The notes under the pieces were generated by a model, which saw nothing but the letters and a program-made list of their open reading frames with translations, was not told the origin of the DNA and did no database searches. The translations under genes were made by a program, and so were the position numbers. A stretch of DNA of 64,000 bases from Terriglobales bacterium (GTDB taxonomy: Bacteria; Acidobacteriota; Terriglobia; Terriglobales; Acidobacteriaceae). Of the stretch, positions 16,722 through 27,246 are shown piece after piece. Positions within the stretch are counted from its first letter, which is position 1. Each line of letters opens with the position of its first letter. The DNA lies in contig JBOGLG010000046.1 of NCBI GenBank assembly GCA_050745985.1, forward strand, positions 29,398-93,397, read 5' to 3'.

Positions 16722-18308
16722 CTAAATCTTCCTTTTTCGCATGAGTATTCCCGCGGAACGCATGGCGCCGCGAAGCCGTTTGCTCCAACTCCCGGCGAAC
16801 ATCAGATCGACGAAGTCTGCCGTCTGCCGCGTGAAGGGTCCGCCGTATCCGTACCACCAGACTTTTTTCACGCCCGGAAGCCGGTCGGAGTCCAGATACT
16901 TGATGCGCACCATCTCATCGAGTCCGAATTTCCCGTGCGTGCGACCTATGCCACTGGCTTTGACTCCGCCGTGAGGAGCTTCGCTGATGCCGAAACAGGA
17001 TACCGCATCGTTGACCATCACGGTGCCGGCGTGAATACGGCGGGCCAAGGTCTCTCCGCGGACGCGGTCCCACGTCCAGACGCTGGCCCCCAGGCCGAAG
17101 TCAGAATCGTTAGCCAGGCGCACAGCATCGTCGTCGGTATCAAACTTCATGATGGGAAGCACGGGGCCGAAGGTTTCTTCCCGCATAATTCGCATTTCGT
17201 GAGTGACGCCGGCGAGCACAGTGGGCGCATAAAAATTCGGGCCAAGGTCAGGCCGCCGCACGCCACCCGTCAGCACGCGCGCTCCGCGCAGCCGGGCCTC
17301 TTCCACCTGCGCTTCCACATTGCACAGTTGGCGCTCGTGAATCAGCGGGCCAATATCGGTTTCCGGATCCATTCCGTTGCCGACGCGTAACAGCGCGGCT
17401 TTGCGTGTACACGCCTCCGCAAAAGATTCATACAGACTGCCATGAACGTAACAGCGCTCGACCGAAAGGCAGGCCTGTCCGGCATTCACGAACGCGCCCC
17501 AGACGGCGCCGCTCGAAGCTACGTCGATGTCGGCGTCATCGAGCACCAGCATGGGATCTTTGCCGCCCAATTCCAACACCACCGGCAACAGCCGGGCAGC
17601 GGCAGCGGCGGCGATTCGTTTTCCCGTCGTCACGCTTCCGGTGAAGACGAGTTTGTCGATGTTTGAGTTAACTAGCGCCGCGCCCGTCCCACCGTCGCCG
17701 ACGACCACCAGAAAAACGTCTTTGGGCACACCTGCTTTCCAAAGCAAGGCAGCCAACTCCAACGCGACCAATGAAGTGAATTCCGAAGGCTTCAGCACCA
17801 CCGCGTTGCCCGCAACCAGTGCTGCCAGAGCCCCCGTCGCGGGGATGGAAAAAGGATAGTTCCACGGAGAAATAATTCCAATCACGCCATAGGGTTCGCG
17901 GATCAATCGGCCGGACTTGGTCTTCATCGCCAGATTGGAGTGCGGAACTGGCTGGTCCCGAAGAAGGGCGAAGGAATTCTCCTCGCAGAAGCGCGCAGCA
18001 TCGAGCACCACCAGAACTTCAGTGAGCAGCGCTTCCACCTGGGGTTTGCCGGCCTCACGAGTGATCAATCCGGCAATCCCGGACTTCCCTTCATGAAGCA
18101 GACGGCGGAATTCGTTGAGAATCGAGATTCGCTGCTGCACTCCCAGACCGCACCAGCCTGGCTGAGCTCCATGACCACGAGCAACTGCGAGATTTACCTC
18201 GGCCTCGGATGCCGGGTGGAATTCGCCCAGCACTTCACCCGTCGCCGGATTCACCGAGGTGATCTTGCGGGGCGCGATTTGTACATCGGTAGCCATCACC
18301 TCCGGCAA
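16722..18308 (-). CDS. NAD(P)-dependent aldehyde dehydrogenase family protein
   Basis: Catalytic Glu motif LELGGKDP, catalytic Cys motif GQACLSVERCYV, and cofactor site FTGSVTTGKRI. Confidence 0.9.
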   Translation of the reverse strand: MPEVMATDVQIAPRKITSVNPATGEVLGEFHPASEAEVNLAVARGHGAQPGWCGLGVQQRISILNEFRRLLHEGKSGIAGLITREAGKPQVEALLTEVLVVLDAARFCEENSFALLRDQPVPHSNLAMKTKSGRLIREPYGVIGIISPWNYPFSIPATGALAALVAGNAVVLKPSEFTSLVALELAALLWKAGVPKDVFLVVVGDGGTGAALVNSNIDKLVFTGSVTTGKRIAAAAAARLLPVVLELGGKDPMLVLDDADIDVASSGAVWGAFVNAGQACLSVERCYVHGSLYESFAEACTRKAALLRVGNGMDPETDIGPLIHERQLCNVEAQVEEARLRGARVLTGGVRRPDLGPNFYAPTVLAGVTHEMRIMREETFGPVLPIMKFDTDDDAVRLANDSDFGLGASVWTWDRVRGETLARRIHAGTVMVNDAVSCFGISEAPHGGVKASGIGRTHGKFGLDEMVRIKYLDSDRLPGVKKVWWYGYGGPFTRQTADFVDLMFAGSWSKRLRGAMRSAGILMRKRKI

Positions 18309-18344
18309 GTTTACGCGGCGGGGAAAGACCGCGCCAGACGGCCA

Positions 18345-19097
18345 TCAATACTCCACGCTGACCAGGTACAAGCCTTGAGCGGGTACCGTTGCTCCGGCGG
18401 CGGATCGGTCTTTAGCGTCCAGTATCCGGGTAATATCTTCCGGCTTTAGAGCTCCTTTTCCCACCAGAACAAACGTTCCCACCAGATTGCGCACCATGTG
18501 GTGCAGGAATCCGCTGCCTCGCACGGTGTAAATCAATTCTTCGTCGCTGCGCTCCCAGCTCGATGTGAAAATCCGTCGGACATTGGAAGTTCCCTCTGCT
18601 TCCTTTCCGCGCTCTGGATCCACCGCAGCGAAGGACGTGAAGTCATGTTCGCCAAGCACCAACTGCCCGGCTTGCCGCATGGCATTCTCGTCCAGCGGAT
18701 ACGGATGGTGCCAGACATACCGGGCCAAAAAAGGTGGGCAGACGGCACGGCGGAAAATCCGGTAGCGGTAGCTTTTCGCGTGGGCGGATTTGCGGGCGTG
18801 AAACTCAGCCGGCGCCTCACTGACTTCAAGTACCCGGATGGAGGCGGGGAGAACATCGTTCAGGGCCTTCCCCAGATTTTCAACCGGAATGGACGAGCCG
18901 AGCACAAGGGTCGCCACTTGCGCAAGGGCGTGAACGCCCGCATCGGTGCGCCCGGAACCCTGAGGCAAGACCTTTTCCCCGGTGACTCGTCCAATAGCTG
19001 AAGCGAGCGTGCCCTGGATGGTGGCGGACTCAGGCTGTACCTGCCAGCCGGCAAAGTCCGTGCCGTCGTAAGCGAGAACGATTTTGAGATTGCGCAT
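18345..19097 (-). CDS. truA: tRNA pseudouridine(38-40) synthase
   Basis: MRNLKIVLAYDGTDFAGWQVQP..., catalytic GRTDAGVHA, 250 aa. Confidence 0.95.
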   Translation of the reverse strand: MRNLKIVLAYDGTDFAGWQVQPESATIQGTLASAIGRVTGEKVLPQGSGRTDAGVHALAQVATLVLGSSIPVENLGKALNDVLPASIRVLEVSEAPAEFHARKSAHAKSYRYRIFRRAVCPPFLARYVWHHPYPLDENAMRQAGQLVLGEHDFTSFAAVDPERGKEAEGTSNVRRIFTSSWERSDEELIYTVRGSGFLHHMVRNLVGTFVLVGKGALKPEDITRILDAKDRSAAGATVPAQGLYLVSVEY

Positions 19098-19366
19098 GAG
19101 GAGTAGCCTAGCCTCTCCGCGCTCTGCTGCTGCTCAACTAAGGCAAGTCCCTGCGGTTTCACGCCGTTGCGCGGGTTGGGATGGAAAGAAACCGAACCCA
19201 GTCAGCTATACTGTTTCATTCCGTCAGCAGCTTCATGGCGACGCGTAATTCACCCGGGACAGGAAAAATTGAAACTTGGGACGCGGCCTGTGCGTAATAA
19301 ATGTTGATCTTCGCGACCGTAGTGTCATCTTTACCAACAACCCTTTGCTTGTATGGAGATAAAAGA

Positions 19367-21433
19367 ATGTCTTTGCCACGTTTGAATTCAGTAAATCGAT
19401 CGACGGCAGCGCTGTTGCTGGCCGGCGCTCTCTCGATTGGTGGTGCCGCCCAGGATGCGGCGCCAGCTCCTCCATCGGCACCCCAGGTGTCGCAACCAGC
19501 CCCGGCGCAAGCCTTTGTGGTGAATGACTACTCTAAACCACGGTCGCATTTTCCCAACCCCGTCGCCCCTTACATGCCGCGCACCTTACCGCCGCCGAAT
19601 ATGAATAATACGCCACGGATTACAGATTTGATGAACGACGGCAAACTCATGCTCTCGATCGATGATGCCGTGGCTTTGGCGCTGGAGAACAATCTCGACA
19701 TTGGAATCGCACGCTACAATCTGAATATCGCCGACACTGATGTGTTGCGCGCCAAGGCTGGCGCGTCCATCCTGGGTGTAAACGCGGGCGTGGTGCAGAA
19801 CACTCCTGGCGGCGGCGTGGGCGGACTGGGCGGACAAGTCGGTTCCGGCACCGGCGGCACCAGCGCGGGATCGGGCGGCGCCGGTACAGGCACCGGTGGC
19901 ATTGTCGGATCCACCTTTGGCCTCGGACCTCAAATCACCAGCTTCGACCCCATTTTCACTGGTACGCTGCAATGGGACCACTTCAATCAACTCGCCAGCA
20001 GCGCGTTTACCGGCGTGCCGGTGCTCTCCCAGAACACTCAAACCTACAATTTCTCCTACACCCAGGGGTTTCAGACCGGCACCAACATGTTGGTTGGTTT
20101 TAATAACAGTCGCACTAGCACGAACGGCCCGTTCACTACTTTGAGCCCACTGATCAACACCGGCTTCCAGTTCAGACTCACTCAGCATTTGTTGCAGGGC
20201 TTTGGGTTCGCACCCAATAATAGGTTCATTCGGATTGCCAAGAACAATCGCGAGATCACCGATGTTGCCTTTCGCCTACAAGTGATCACTACGGTGAATC
20301 AAATCGAGAGTATGTATTGGGACCTGGTCTTCGCTTATGAGAACGTGAGAGTGCAAAAAGAATCGCTGGCCTTTGCCCAGAAGACGCTTTCCGACAATCA
20401 AAAACAGGTGCAAATCGGCAGCCTGGCTCCCATCGAAGTGGTCCGCGCTCAGAGTACGGTGGCTACTGATCAGCAGGCGCTCACGCTCGCGGAGACAAAC
20501 CTTCAACTCCAGCAGTTGTTGATGAAGAATGCCCTGAGCCGGACGCTGGTTGATCCCCGACTGGCGGATGCGGAGGTGATTCCTACTTCCACGGTGAGCC
20601 TCCCTGCGCAAGAAGACCTTCAGCCCACCCAGGACTTGGTGAATGAGGCGCTCAGTCATCGCGCGGAACTCGCAGAAGCGCGTATCAACCTCACGAATAC
20701 CGAAATCAGCAATAAGGGTGTCCGCAGCGCGCTGCTGCCCGCACTCGACCTATTTGCATACTATGGAGGTTCGGGTTTGGGCGGATCGCAGAACCCGGCG
20801 AATCTGTGCGCCAATCAAACCTCGGAACTACAGCAGTTCGGCTGCGCCGGCCCACCTGTCAACCTGATTGCTCCGGCCACACCCATAGGCTATGGCACCG
20901 CCTTAAGCGACCTGGTGGATTCGTCCGCCCCCGATAAGGGCGTGGGGCTTACCTTGAATATTCCCATCCGTAACCGCGCCGGACAGGCGGCGCAGGTGCG
21001 CTCGGAACTGGAATACCGCCAGGCACAGATGCGCCTGCAACAGATCGAGAATCAGATTCGCATCGAAGTACGCAACGCATTGTTCGCCGTGCAGCAAAAC
21101 CGGGCCAGTGTTGAGTCCGCCCAGGCCGCGGTAAAGTTGGGTCACGAATCGCTCGATGCGGAGCAGAAGAAGTTCAATCTGGGGGCGTCCACCAGCACGC
21201 TAGTGCTGCAAAACCAGTCAGCGCTGGCGACTGCGGAGTCCACATTGGTCTCGGCGATGGCGGCTTATGAGAAAGCACGACTGGAGTTGGACCGGGCTAC
21301 CGGCCTGTTGCTGGATCATGCAGGAATCGTTCTGGCGGACGCCGAGCGGGGCCAGGTCACGCACATGCCGAATGTGCCGTATGTCGCACCGCGGGAAAAT
21401 CCGCAGTCGGCGATGCCTGCAACTCAGCCGTAA
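19367..21433 (+). CDS. TolC-family outer-membrane efflux protein, long form with Gly-rich insert (paralogue 1)
   Basis: ATG at 19367 is preceded by GGAGA, with a signal peptide. Two OEP-type repeats (LSIDDAVALALENNLDIGIARYNLNIADTDVLRAK...; VNEALSHRAELAEARINL...). A ~40-aa G/T/S-rich insert (NTPGGGVGGLGGQVGSGTGGTSAGSGGAGTGTGG). Confidence 0.9.
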   Translation: MSLPRLNSVNRSTAALLLAGALSIGGAAQDAAPAPPSAPQVSQPAPAQAFVVNDYSKPRSHFPNPVAPYMPRTLPPPNMNNTPRITDLMNDGKLMLSIDDAVALALENNLDIGIARYNLNIADTDVLRAKAGASILGVNAGVVQNTPGGGVGGLGGQVGSGTGGTSAGSGGAGTGTGGIVGSTFGLGPQITSFDPIFTGTLQWDHFNQLASSAFTGVPVLSQNTQTYNFSYTQGFQTGTNMLVGFNNSRTSTNGPFTTLSPLINTGFQFRLTQHLLQGFGFAPNNRFIRIAKNNREITDVAFRLQVITTVNQIESMYWDLVFAYENVRVQKESLAFAQKTLSDNQKQVQIGSLAPIEVVRAQSTVATDQQALTLAETNLQLQQLLMKNALSRTLVDPRLADAEVIPTSTVSLPAQEDLQPTQDLVNEALSHRAELAEARINLTNTEISNKGVRSALLPALDLFAYYGGSGLGGSQNPANLCANQTSELQQFGCAGPPVNLIAPATPIGYGTALSDLVDSSAPDKGVGLTLNIPIRNRAGQAAQVRSELEYRQAQMRLQQIENQIRIEVRNALFAVQQNRASVESAQAAVKLGHESLDAEQKKFNLGASTSTLVLQNQSALATAESTLVSAMAAYEKARLELDRATGLLLDHAGIVLADAERGQVTHMPNVPYVAPRENPQSAMPATQP

Positions 21434-21458
21434 CCCCGCTACCTTCGTAAAGCCACTG

Positions 21459-21491
21459 GCAGCCCTCGTCATGCGAGGGCTGCGTTTCTTT
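21459..21491 (+). terminator. Rho-independent terminator after TolC paralogue 1
   Basis: GCAGCCCTCG-tcatg-CGAGGGCTGC, a perfect 10-bp stem, followed by GTTTCTTT, 26 nt after the stop. Confidence 0.75.
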
Positions 21492-21685
21492 GCGCCTGAT
21501 TCCCCGCAGACTGCCGGGAGAATCTCCACAAGCCATTTTCATAAATCTTTACAATTCCTGACCGCATAAGCATCCCGGCCACGCGTTAGTCTAATTCAAG
21601 CTTGAGTTTTAGGAGGGTGCCCGGCCTTGCGCCGCATCCAACAGACTCATTAATTTGCAGCGCACCGTATCAAAGGAGAAACACA

Positions 21686-23782
21686 ATGTTCGTCGCTCAC
21701 TTGCCTTTTGCCACGCGGCATTTTGCCACTATGGTTTTGTTTGGAACTCTGGCGGTCACTAGCCCAGCACAACAAGCCACCTCGCCGGCGGGCGATGGGG
21801 CGCTGCCGCAGGCGCCAGAGCCCGTGGCTGCTCCGGCGCCTGCTCAGCAAAATATCGCGAAGGACTACAGCCAGCCCCGGTCGCAGTTTCCTAACCCGCT
21901 GGCTGCGTACAGCCCGGCGACAGTGCCGCCTCCAAATCTGGGCAATACCTCGCGCATCGACGGGTTGATGCGCGATGGCAAGATCCTGTTATCAATCAAC
22001 GATGCAGTCGCGCTGGGCTTGGAGAACAATCTCGACATCGTATTGGCGCGCTACAACCTGAACATTGCCGACACGGATATTCTGCGGGCCAAGGGCGGGG
22101 CGAACGTTCTTGGAGTGAATACCGGCATCGTGCAAAACACGCCCGGGGGCGGAACCGGCGGGCTGAGCGGGACGGTTGGCTCGGGCACCGGCGGCACCAG
22201 CGTGGCGGCAGGCGGAGTGGGTACGGGCACGAATGGTTTGGTGAGCTCAACCCTGGGCATCGGCGCGCCCATCACCAGTTTCGATCCTACGCTTTCCGGC
22301 ACCCTCCAGATGGACCGGAGTTACGCGGAGTCAACCAGCGTGTTCACTCCCATCTCCGTAGTGAACAACAACACTGGGACGGCCAATTTTTCTTACCTCC
22401 AGGGATTTCATTGGGGAACGAACCTTGCTGTCGGATTCAACAATACGCATGTCACGACCAGCAACCCAACCAGCTCGTACACCCCGAGCCTCGCGTCCAG
22501 TTTCCAGTTCAAGGTTTCCCAGGAGCTATTGCAGGGTTTCGGTTTCCTTCCCAACACGCGCTTTATCAGGATCGCCAAGAATAATCGGGAGATTTCCGAT
22601 GTGGCTTTTCGCCTGCAAGTCATTACTACTGTCGATCAGATCGAGAACCTCTATTGGAACCTGGTTTACGCCTACGAGAACGTCAGAGTTCAAAAGGAAG
22701 CGCTGACCTTCGCGCAACAAACGCTGGAGGACAACCGGAAGCAGGTGAAGTATGGAACGCTCCCGCCAATTCAGCTGGTGAGCGCACAGAGCGCCGTCTC
22801 CACCGATCAGCAAAGCCTGATCCTGGCCCAAACTAACCTGGAGTTACAGGAACTGCTCATGAAAAATGCGCTCAGCCGCAATCTCGAAGACCCGGTCCTC
22901 GCCGGCGCAGATGTGATACCGACTTCCATCATGCAACTGCCCCGGCAGGAACCGGTCGCGCCGACGCAGGACTTGATCAACGACGCGCTGGGGCATCGCG
23001 CCGAGTTGAGTGAATCGCGGATCGATTTGAGCAGCCGCGAGATCAACACCAAAGCCGTACGGAACGCCATGTTACCCACGCTGAGTCTCTACGCCTACTA
23101 CGGCGGCTCGGGAATCGGGGGCGATGTGAGCCCTGCGATACTCCCTCCCGGATGTCTCAATTCGGCTTTCGGAAAGTGCTTCACGCCGGCCTCGGCCGCG
23201 CCGCCGTTTCGTAACGGAGGCCCAGTCGGGTACGGTGACACGCTGGACCAGTTAGTGACCTCGGTAGCGCCCGATAAGGGAATTGGCGTGACGCTCAATA
23301 TTCCGCTGCGCAATCGCGTCGCGCAAGCCAACCAGGTTCGCGCCCAGCTGGAGTACCGCCAGGCACAAGTGCGCTTGCAGCAGCTCGAAAATCAGGTGCG
23401 CATTGAGGTCCGCAACGCCCAGTTCGACACCCAGCAAAACCGTGCGAGCGTGGATGCGGCGCAGGCAGCGGTTGATTTTCAGCGACAGACCCTCGACACC
23501 GATCAGAAGAAGTTGGCCGTCGGCGTTGGCACGTCAACCGCCGTCCTGCAGGACCGGGCCTTGCTCACCGCGGCTGAATCCAATTTGGTTTCCGCCATGG
23601 CCGCGTACGAAAAGTCCAAGGTAGAGATGGATCGTGCCACTGGGTTATTGCTCGATCATGCGGGGATCATCATGGCCGATGCCCAGCGGGGGGAAGTCAC
23701 ACAGATGCCCAACGTGCCCTACGTGGCGGCACGTGCGAATCCGGAGTCGGTGATGCCGCCGGGGCAGCCGCCGCCACAATAG
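21686..23782 (+). CDS. TolC-family outer-membrane efflux protein, long form with Gly-rich insert (paralogue 2)
   Basis: ATG at 21686 is preceded by AAGGAG. Collinear with paralogue 1 over the full length, including the Gly-rich insert (NTPGGGTGGLSGTVGSGTGGTSVAAGGVGTGTNG) and a Cys pair in a late loop. Confidence 0.9.
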   Translation: MFVAHLPFATRHFATMVLFGTLAVTSPAQQATSPAGDGALPQAPEPVAAPAPAQQNIAKDYSQPRSQFPNPLAAYSPATVPPPNLGNTSRIDGLMRDGKILLSINDAVALGLENNLDIVLARYNLNIADTDILRAKGGANVLGVNTGIVQNTPGGGTGGLSGTVGSGTGGTSVAAGGVGTGTNGLVSSTLGIGAPITSFDPTLSGTLQMDRSYAESTSVFTPISVVNNNTGTANFSYLQGFHWGTNLAVGFNNTHVTTSNPTSSYTPSLASSFQFKVSQELLQGFGFLPNTRFIRIAKNNREISDVAFRLQVITTVDQIENLYWNLVYAYENVRVQKEALTFAQQTLEDNRKQVKYGTLPPIQLVSAQSAVSTDQQSLILAQTNLELQELLMKNALSRNLEDPVLAGADVIPTSIMQLPRQEPVAPTQDLINDALGHRAELSESRIDLSSREINTKAVRNAMLPTLSLYAYYGGSGIGGDVSPAILPPGCLNSAFGKCFTPASAAPPFRNGGPVGYGDTLDQLVTSVAPDKGIGVTLNIPLRNRVAQANQVRAQLEYRQAQVRLQQLENQVRIEVRNAQFDTQQNRASVDAAQAAVDFQRQTLDTDQKKLAVGVGTSTAVLQDRALLTAAESNLVSAMAAYEKSKVEMDRATGLLLDHAGIIMADAQRGEVTQMPNVPYVAARANPESVMPPGQPPPQ

Positions 23783-23846
23783 CCAGTGAGAGGCGGGCAG
23801 TTCAGGGCCGCGATCGCCTGGGAACCGCCGCGTCTGTCTTGCGGTC

Positions 23847-24686
23847 GTGGCTATCGGTCACTCCAAGGTCATTTCAAACCATAGACATTCCGGTTATGCT
23901 TTGCGCGTGAGGCTCTCGGTCGTCCTAATCACGCAGAATGAAGAGGCCAATCTGGCCGGCACACTGGAGAGTGTGACGCCGTTGGTGCAAAATGGCCGCG
24001 GGGAAGTCATTGTGCTGGACTCGGGTTCCACCGACCGCACCCTGGAGGTTGCGCGGTCCTACGGCGCCAAGGTGTTCTCCGAGCCGTGGAAGGGCTTCGC
24101 GGCGCAGAAAAATTCGGCGATGGAGAAGGCATCCGGCGATTGGGTGTTGCAGTTGGACGCCGACGAACCCCTGGAAGAAGCATTGGCCGCAGAAATCGAG
24201 ACCGCACTCGGGGCGGCCGCTTCAGCGTTACAAGGCTTCTGGATTCCGCGAAAGAATTTCTTTCTGGGCCGCTGGATTCGGCATGGCGGGTTCTATCCAG
24301 ATCTCAAACTGCGTTTGATTCGCCGCGGATGCGGAAAATTCGAAGAGTACGGCGCCCACCCCACAATCAAAATCAACGGGCCGACAGGCACGCTGAAGCA
24401 CGCCTTGGTGCACAACGCCTATCCCACGCTGCGTGGCTATATTGACCACATGAACAGCTATTCATCCTCCGGCGCTCAAGTCGCGGTGAAATGCGGCCAC
24501 CGCCGTTTTAGCGTGGCCGACATCGTTTTGCGCCCGGTTCTGACGTTTGTGTACAACTATTTCATCCGGCTTGGGTTCCTTGATGGCCGCGAAGGCCTGC
24601 TCCTGCACCTTTATCACTCCGTTTATGTTTCCTGGAAATACTCCAAGGCGTGGGAATTGGCAAAGCGGGATTACCAGCAGAGTTGA
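23847..24686 (+). CDS. glycosyltransferase family 2 protein
   Basis: LSVVLITQNEEANL...VLDSGSTDRT...LQLDADE (DxD). GT-A fold hallmarks. The start is uncertain; the GTG at 23907 is an alternative. Confidence 0.85.
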   Translation: MAIGHSKVISNHRHSGYALRVRLSVVLITQNEEANLAGTLESVTPLVQNGRGEVIVLDSGSTDRTLEVARSYGAKVFSEPWKGFAAQKNSAMEKASGDWVLQLDADEPLEEALAAEIETALGAAASALQGFWIPRKNFFLGRWIRHGGFYPDLKLRLIRRGCGKFEEYGAHPTIKINGPTGTLKHALVHNAYPTLRGYIDHMNSYSSSGAQVAVKCGHRRFSVADIVLRPVLTFVYNYFIRLGFLDGREGLLLHLYHSVYVSWKYSKAWELAKRDYQQS

Positions 24687-24746
24687 CCCTAGGTTAGTTG
24701 CGGGCCATCTCCCCGTCCTCTATCATCGAAAGTGGCAGGTGTGAGC

Positions 24747-26537
24747 ATGGCGGACAAGAAACCACGGGTCGCGGAAAGCCCGATCAGCGATGTTTTTGAA
24801 GGCCGTCATCCATCGGCCGGGGAGAAGGCCTGGGCAGAAAAGACGCTGGGGCCGACGCTGGAAAAGACTCCTGAACGGCCAATTGGCGCCCCGACGGGCA
24901 CCAATCTCGATGAGAACGGGAATGCGCGTTTTACCACTATCTCCGGCGTCCCCATCCGCCGCCTCTATACTCAGGCTGACCTGCCTGAGGACTGGAATTA
25001 CGATCAGTACTTAGGCCAACCCGGGGAACCGCCATTCACCCGCGGCATCCATGCCACCGGCTACCGCGGCAAGCTTTTCACCATGCGGCAGTTTTCTGGC
25101 TTCGCGTCTCCAGAGGAGACCAACCAGAGATACAAGTATCTTCTCGAGCATGGCGGCGGTGGCCTGTCAGTGGCTTTCGACCTGCCCACTCTGATGGGCT
25201 ACGACTCCGACCACGCGGCCAGCGAGGGAGAGGTTGGGAAATGCGGCGTGGCGATCGATTCGCTGGAGGACATGGAGATCTTGTTCGATGGAATCGATCT
25301 GGAAAAGACGACTGTCTCCATGACCATCAACTCCCCAGCATCGGTATTGTGGGCAATGTATCTGGTGGTTGCCGAGAAGCAGGGGGCGGACTGGAAAAAG
25401 ATTTCCGGCACTATTCAAAATGACATCCTGAAAGAGTACATCGCGCAAAAGGAATATATTTATCCGCCGGCGCCCTCCATGCGGCTGGTGGTGGACACCT
25501 TCGAGTTCGGCTCGAAATTCACTCCTCGTTTTAACACCATCTCCATCAGCGGTTACCACATTCGAGAAGCCGGTTCGACTGCTCTACAAGAATTGGCGTT
25601 CACGCTCTACGATGGGGTCGAGTATGTGGAGTGGGCGCGGCGGCGCGGCCTGGAGGTGGACGAATTCGCTCCTCGCCTGAGCTTCTTCTTTAACGCCCAC
25701 AACGATTTCTTTGAGGAGATCGCCAAGTACAGGGCGGCGCGCAAGATCTGGTACCAGGTGATGAAAGACCGCTTCGGCGCCAAGAACCAGCGCTCGCGCC
25801 TGCTGCGGTTCCATTCGCAAACCGCCGGCGTCTCACTAACCGCGCAGCAGCCGCTGAACAACATTGCGCGCGCCGCGCTTCAGGCACTGGCCGCGGTTTT
25901 GGGTGGCACCCAGTCGCTGCACGTGGATGGCTATGACGAAGCACTGGCCCTCCCCACCGAAGAGGCGGCACGAATCGCCCTGCGGACCCAGCAGATTGTT
26001 GCCTACGAGTCAGGAGTGGTGAATACCGTCGACCCATTGGGTGGATCATATTTCCTGGAGGCCCTCACGCTTGAGATGGAAAAGGGCGCATTCGACTACT
26101 TCGGCAAACTGGACGCGATGGGCGGAATGGTAAAGGCGATCGAACGTGGATACCCGCAGAAGGAAATCGCCGAGGCGGCATACCAGAATCAGCGGGCGGT
26201 CGAGGCCAAGGAAAAAATCATTGTAGGGGCAAACGAGTTCGTGATTGAGGAGGACTCGCCCAACATTCTGTACATCGACGAAAGCGTGGCCCAAAGGCAA
26301 TCAGCCAAACTCAAAGCCCTGCGGGAGCGCCGGTCAGGGTCGGAAGTGCGCCGTTGCCTGGATGAACTGAAACGGGCCGCCGCCCAAGAACCGAGCGCCG
26401 GATCGAACGGCGCCATTTCTCCCGTCAATACCATGCCCTACATCGTGGCCGCTGTCCGCGCCTACGCCACCGTGGGTGAGATCTGCGACGCGCTGCGCGA
26501 GGTTTACGGAACCTATACCGAAGCCAGCATTACCTGA
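24747..26537 (+). CDS. B12-dependent acyl-CoA mutase, large (substrate-binding) subunit, ICM-like rather than methylmalonyl-type
   Basis: [23 protein letters not shown]...[17 protein letters not shown]...[12 protein letters not shown]...[16 protein letters not shown]. Gln (CAA 25446-25448) sits in [15 protein letters not shown] where methylmalonyl-CoA mutases have Arg (KEFMVRNTYIYPP, from memory). Confidence 0.9.
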   Translation: MADKKPRVAESPISDVFEGRHPSAGEKAWAEKTLGPTLEKTPERPIGAPTGTNLDENGNARFTTISGVPIRRLYTQADLPEDWNYDQYLGQPGEPPFTRGIHATGYRGKLFTMRQFSGFASPEETNQRYKYLLEHGGGGLSVAFDLPTLMGYDSDHAASEGEVGKCGVAIDSLEDMEILFDGIDLEKTTVSMTINSPASVLWAMYLVVAEKQGADWKKISGTIQNDILKEYIAQKEYIYPPAPSMRLVVDTFEFGSKFTPRFNTISISGYHIREAGSTALQELAFTLYDGVEYVEWARRRGLEVDEFAPRLSFFFNAHNDFFEEIAKYRAARKIWYQVMKDRFGAKNQRSRLLRFHSQTAGVSLTAQQPLNNIARAALQALAAVLGGTQSLHVDGYDEALALPTEEAARIALRTQQIVAYESGVVNTVDPLGGSYFLEALTLEMEKGAFDYFGKLDAMGGMVKAIERGYPQKEIAEAAYQNQRAVEAKEKIIVGANEFVIEEDSPNILYIDESVAQRQSAKLKALRERRSGSEVRRCLDELKRAAAQEPSAGSNGAISPVNTMPYIVAAVRAYATVGEICDALREVYGTYTEASIT

Positions 26538-26592
26538 GCGCCTGCGACGACTTTGCTATCCTCTTTTGTGGTTTCCCGTCAGATATTCATTC

Positions 26593-27192
26593 ATGCGCAA
26601 AGCCATCCATCATTTGAGCAAGTCGGACCCCATTCTGCGGGCTATCATTGCGCGAGTCGGCCCCTGTCGCATCCAATATGGGCTTCCGGAGTTTCATAGC
26701 CTGGCCGAGTCCATCGTTTATCAGCAACTGAACGGCAGGGCCGCCGAGACTATCTTTGAACGGTTCGCCACGCTTACCGGCGATCCCGTCACCCCGGACG
26801 GAGTCCTGAAGCTGACCGACCCGCAGATGCGATCTGCGGGACTGTCAAAGCAGAAATCGTCTTACCTGCGCGACATGGCGCAGCGGGCGGCGCGCGGGGA
26901 ACTCGACTTCAGCAAACTGCACACTTTGTCGGATGACGAAGTGATCAAGCACCTGACCCAGGTTAAGGGCGTGGGACCGTGGACGGCGCAGATGTTCCTC
27001 ATCTTCACACTCAGGCGAGTGAACGTCCTGCCTACCGGCGATTTTGGCGTACAAATGGCGATCAAGAAGCACTACAAGAAGCGCAAGCTGCCCAAGCCGT
27101 TGCAAATGGAAAAAATTGCCAGGGCATGGGAGCCATATCGCAGCATCGCATGCTGGTACTTGTGGCGGAGCCTGGATCTCAAAGAGAAGTGA
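26593..27192 (+). CDS. DNA-3-methyladenine glycosylase II (AlkA-like, HhH-GPD family)
   Basis: Internal ATG at 26593. HhH motif LTQVKGVGPWTAQMFLIF and catalytic-Asp segment VLPTGDFGV. 199 aa. Confidence 0.85.
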   Translation: MRKAIHHLSKSDPILRAIIARVGPCRIQYGLPEFHSLAESIVYQQLNGRAAETIFERFATLTGDPVTPDGVLKLTDPQMRSAGLSKQKSSYLRDMAQRAARGELDFSKLHTLSDDEVIKHLTQVKGVGPWTAQMFLIFTLRRVNVLPTGDFGVQMAIKKHYKKRKLPKPLQMEKIARAWEPYRSIACWYLWRSLDLKEK

Positions 27193-27246
27193 ATTCCCCG
27201 AGCGCCTTTTGGTGCTTCCCCGGGCCGGCTGTGGTTAAATGAAGCT

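Noticed and set aside
19790-19920. G-rich, quasi-repetitive DNA (ggcggc.. / ggcacc..), also at 22140-22260, considered as a tandem repeat or CRISPR-like array.
   Set aside because: It is in-frame coding sequence for the Gly/Thr/Ser-rich loop of the two TolC paralogues. There is no repeat-spacer periodicity, and no CRISPR array was seen anywhere in the window.
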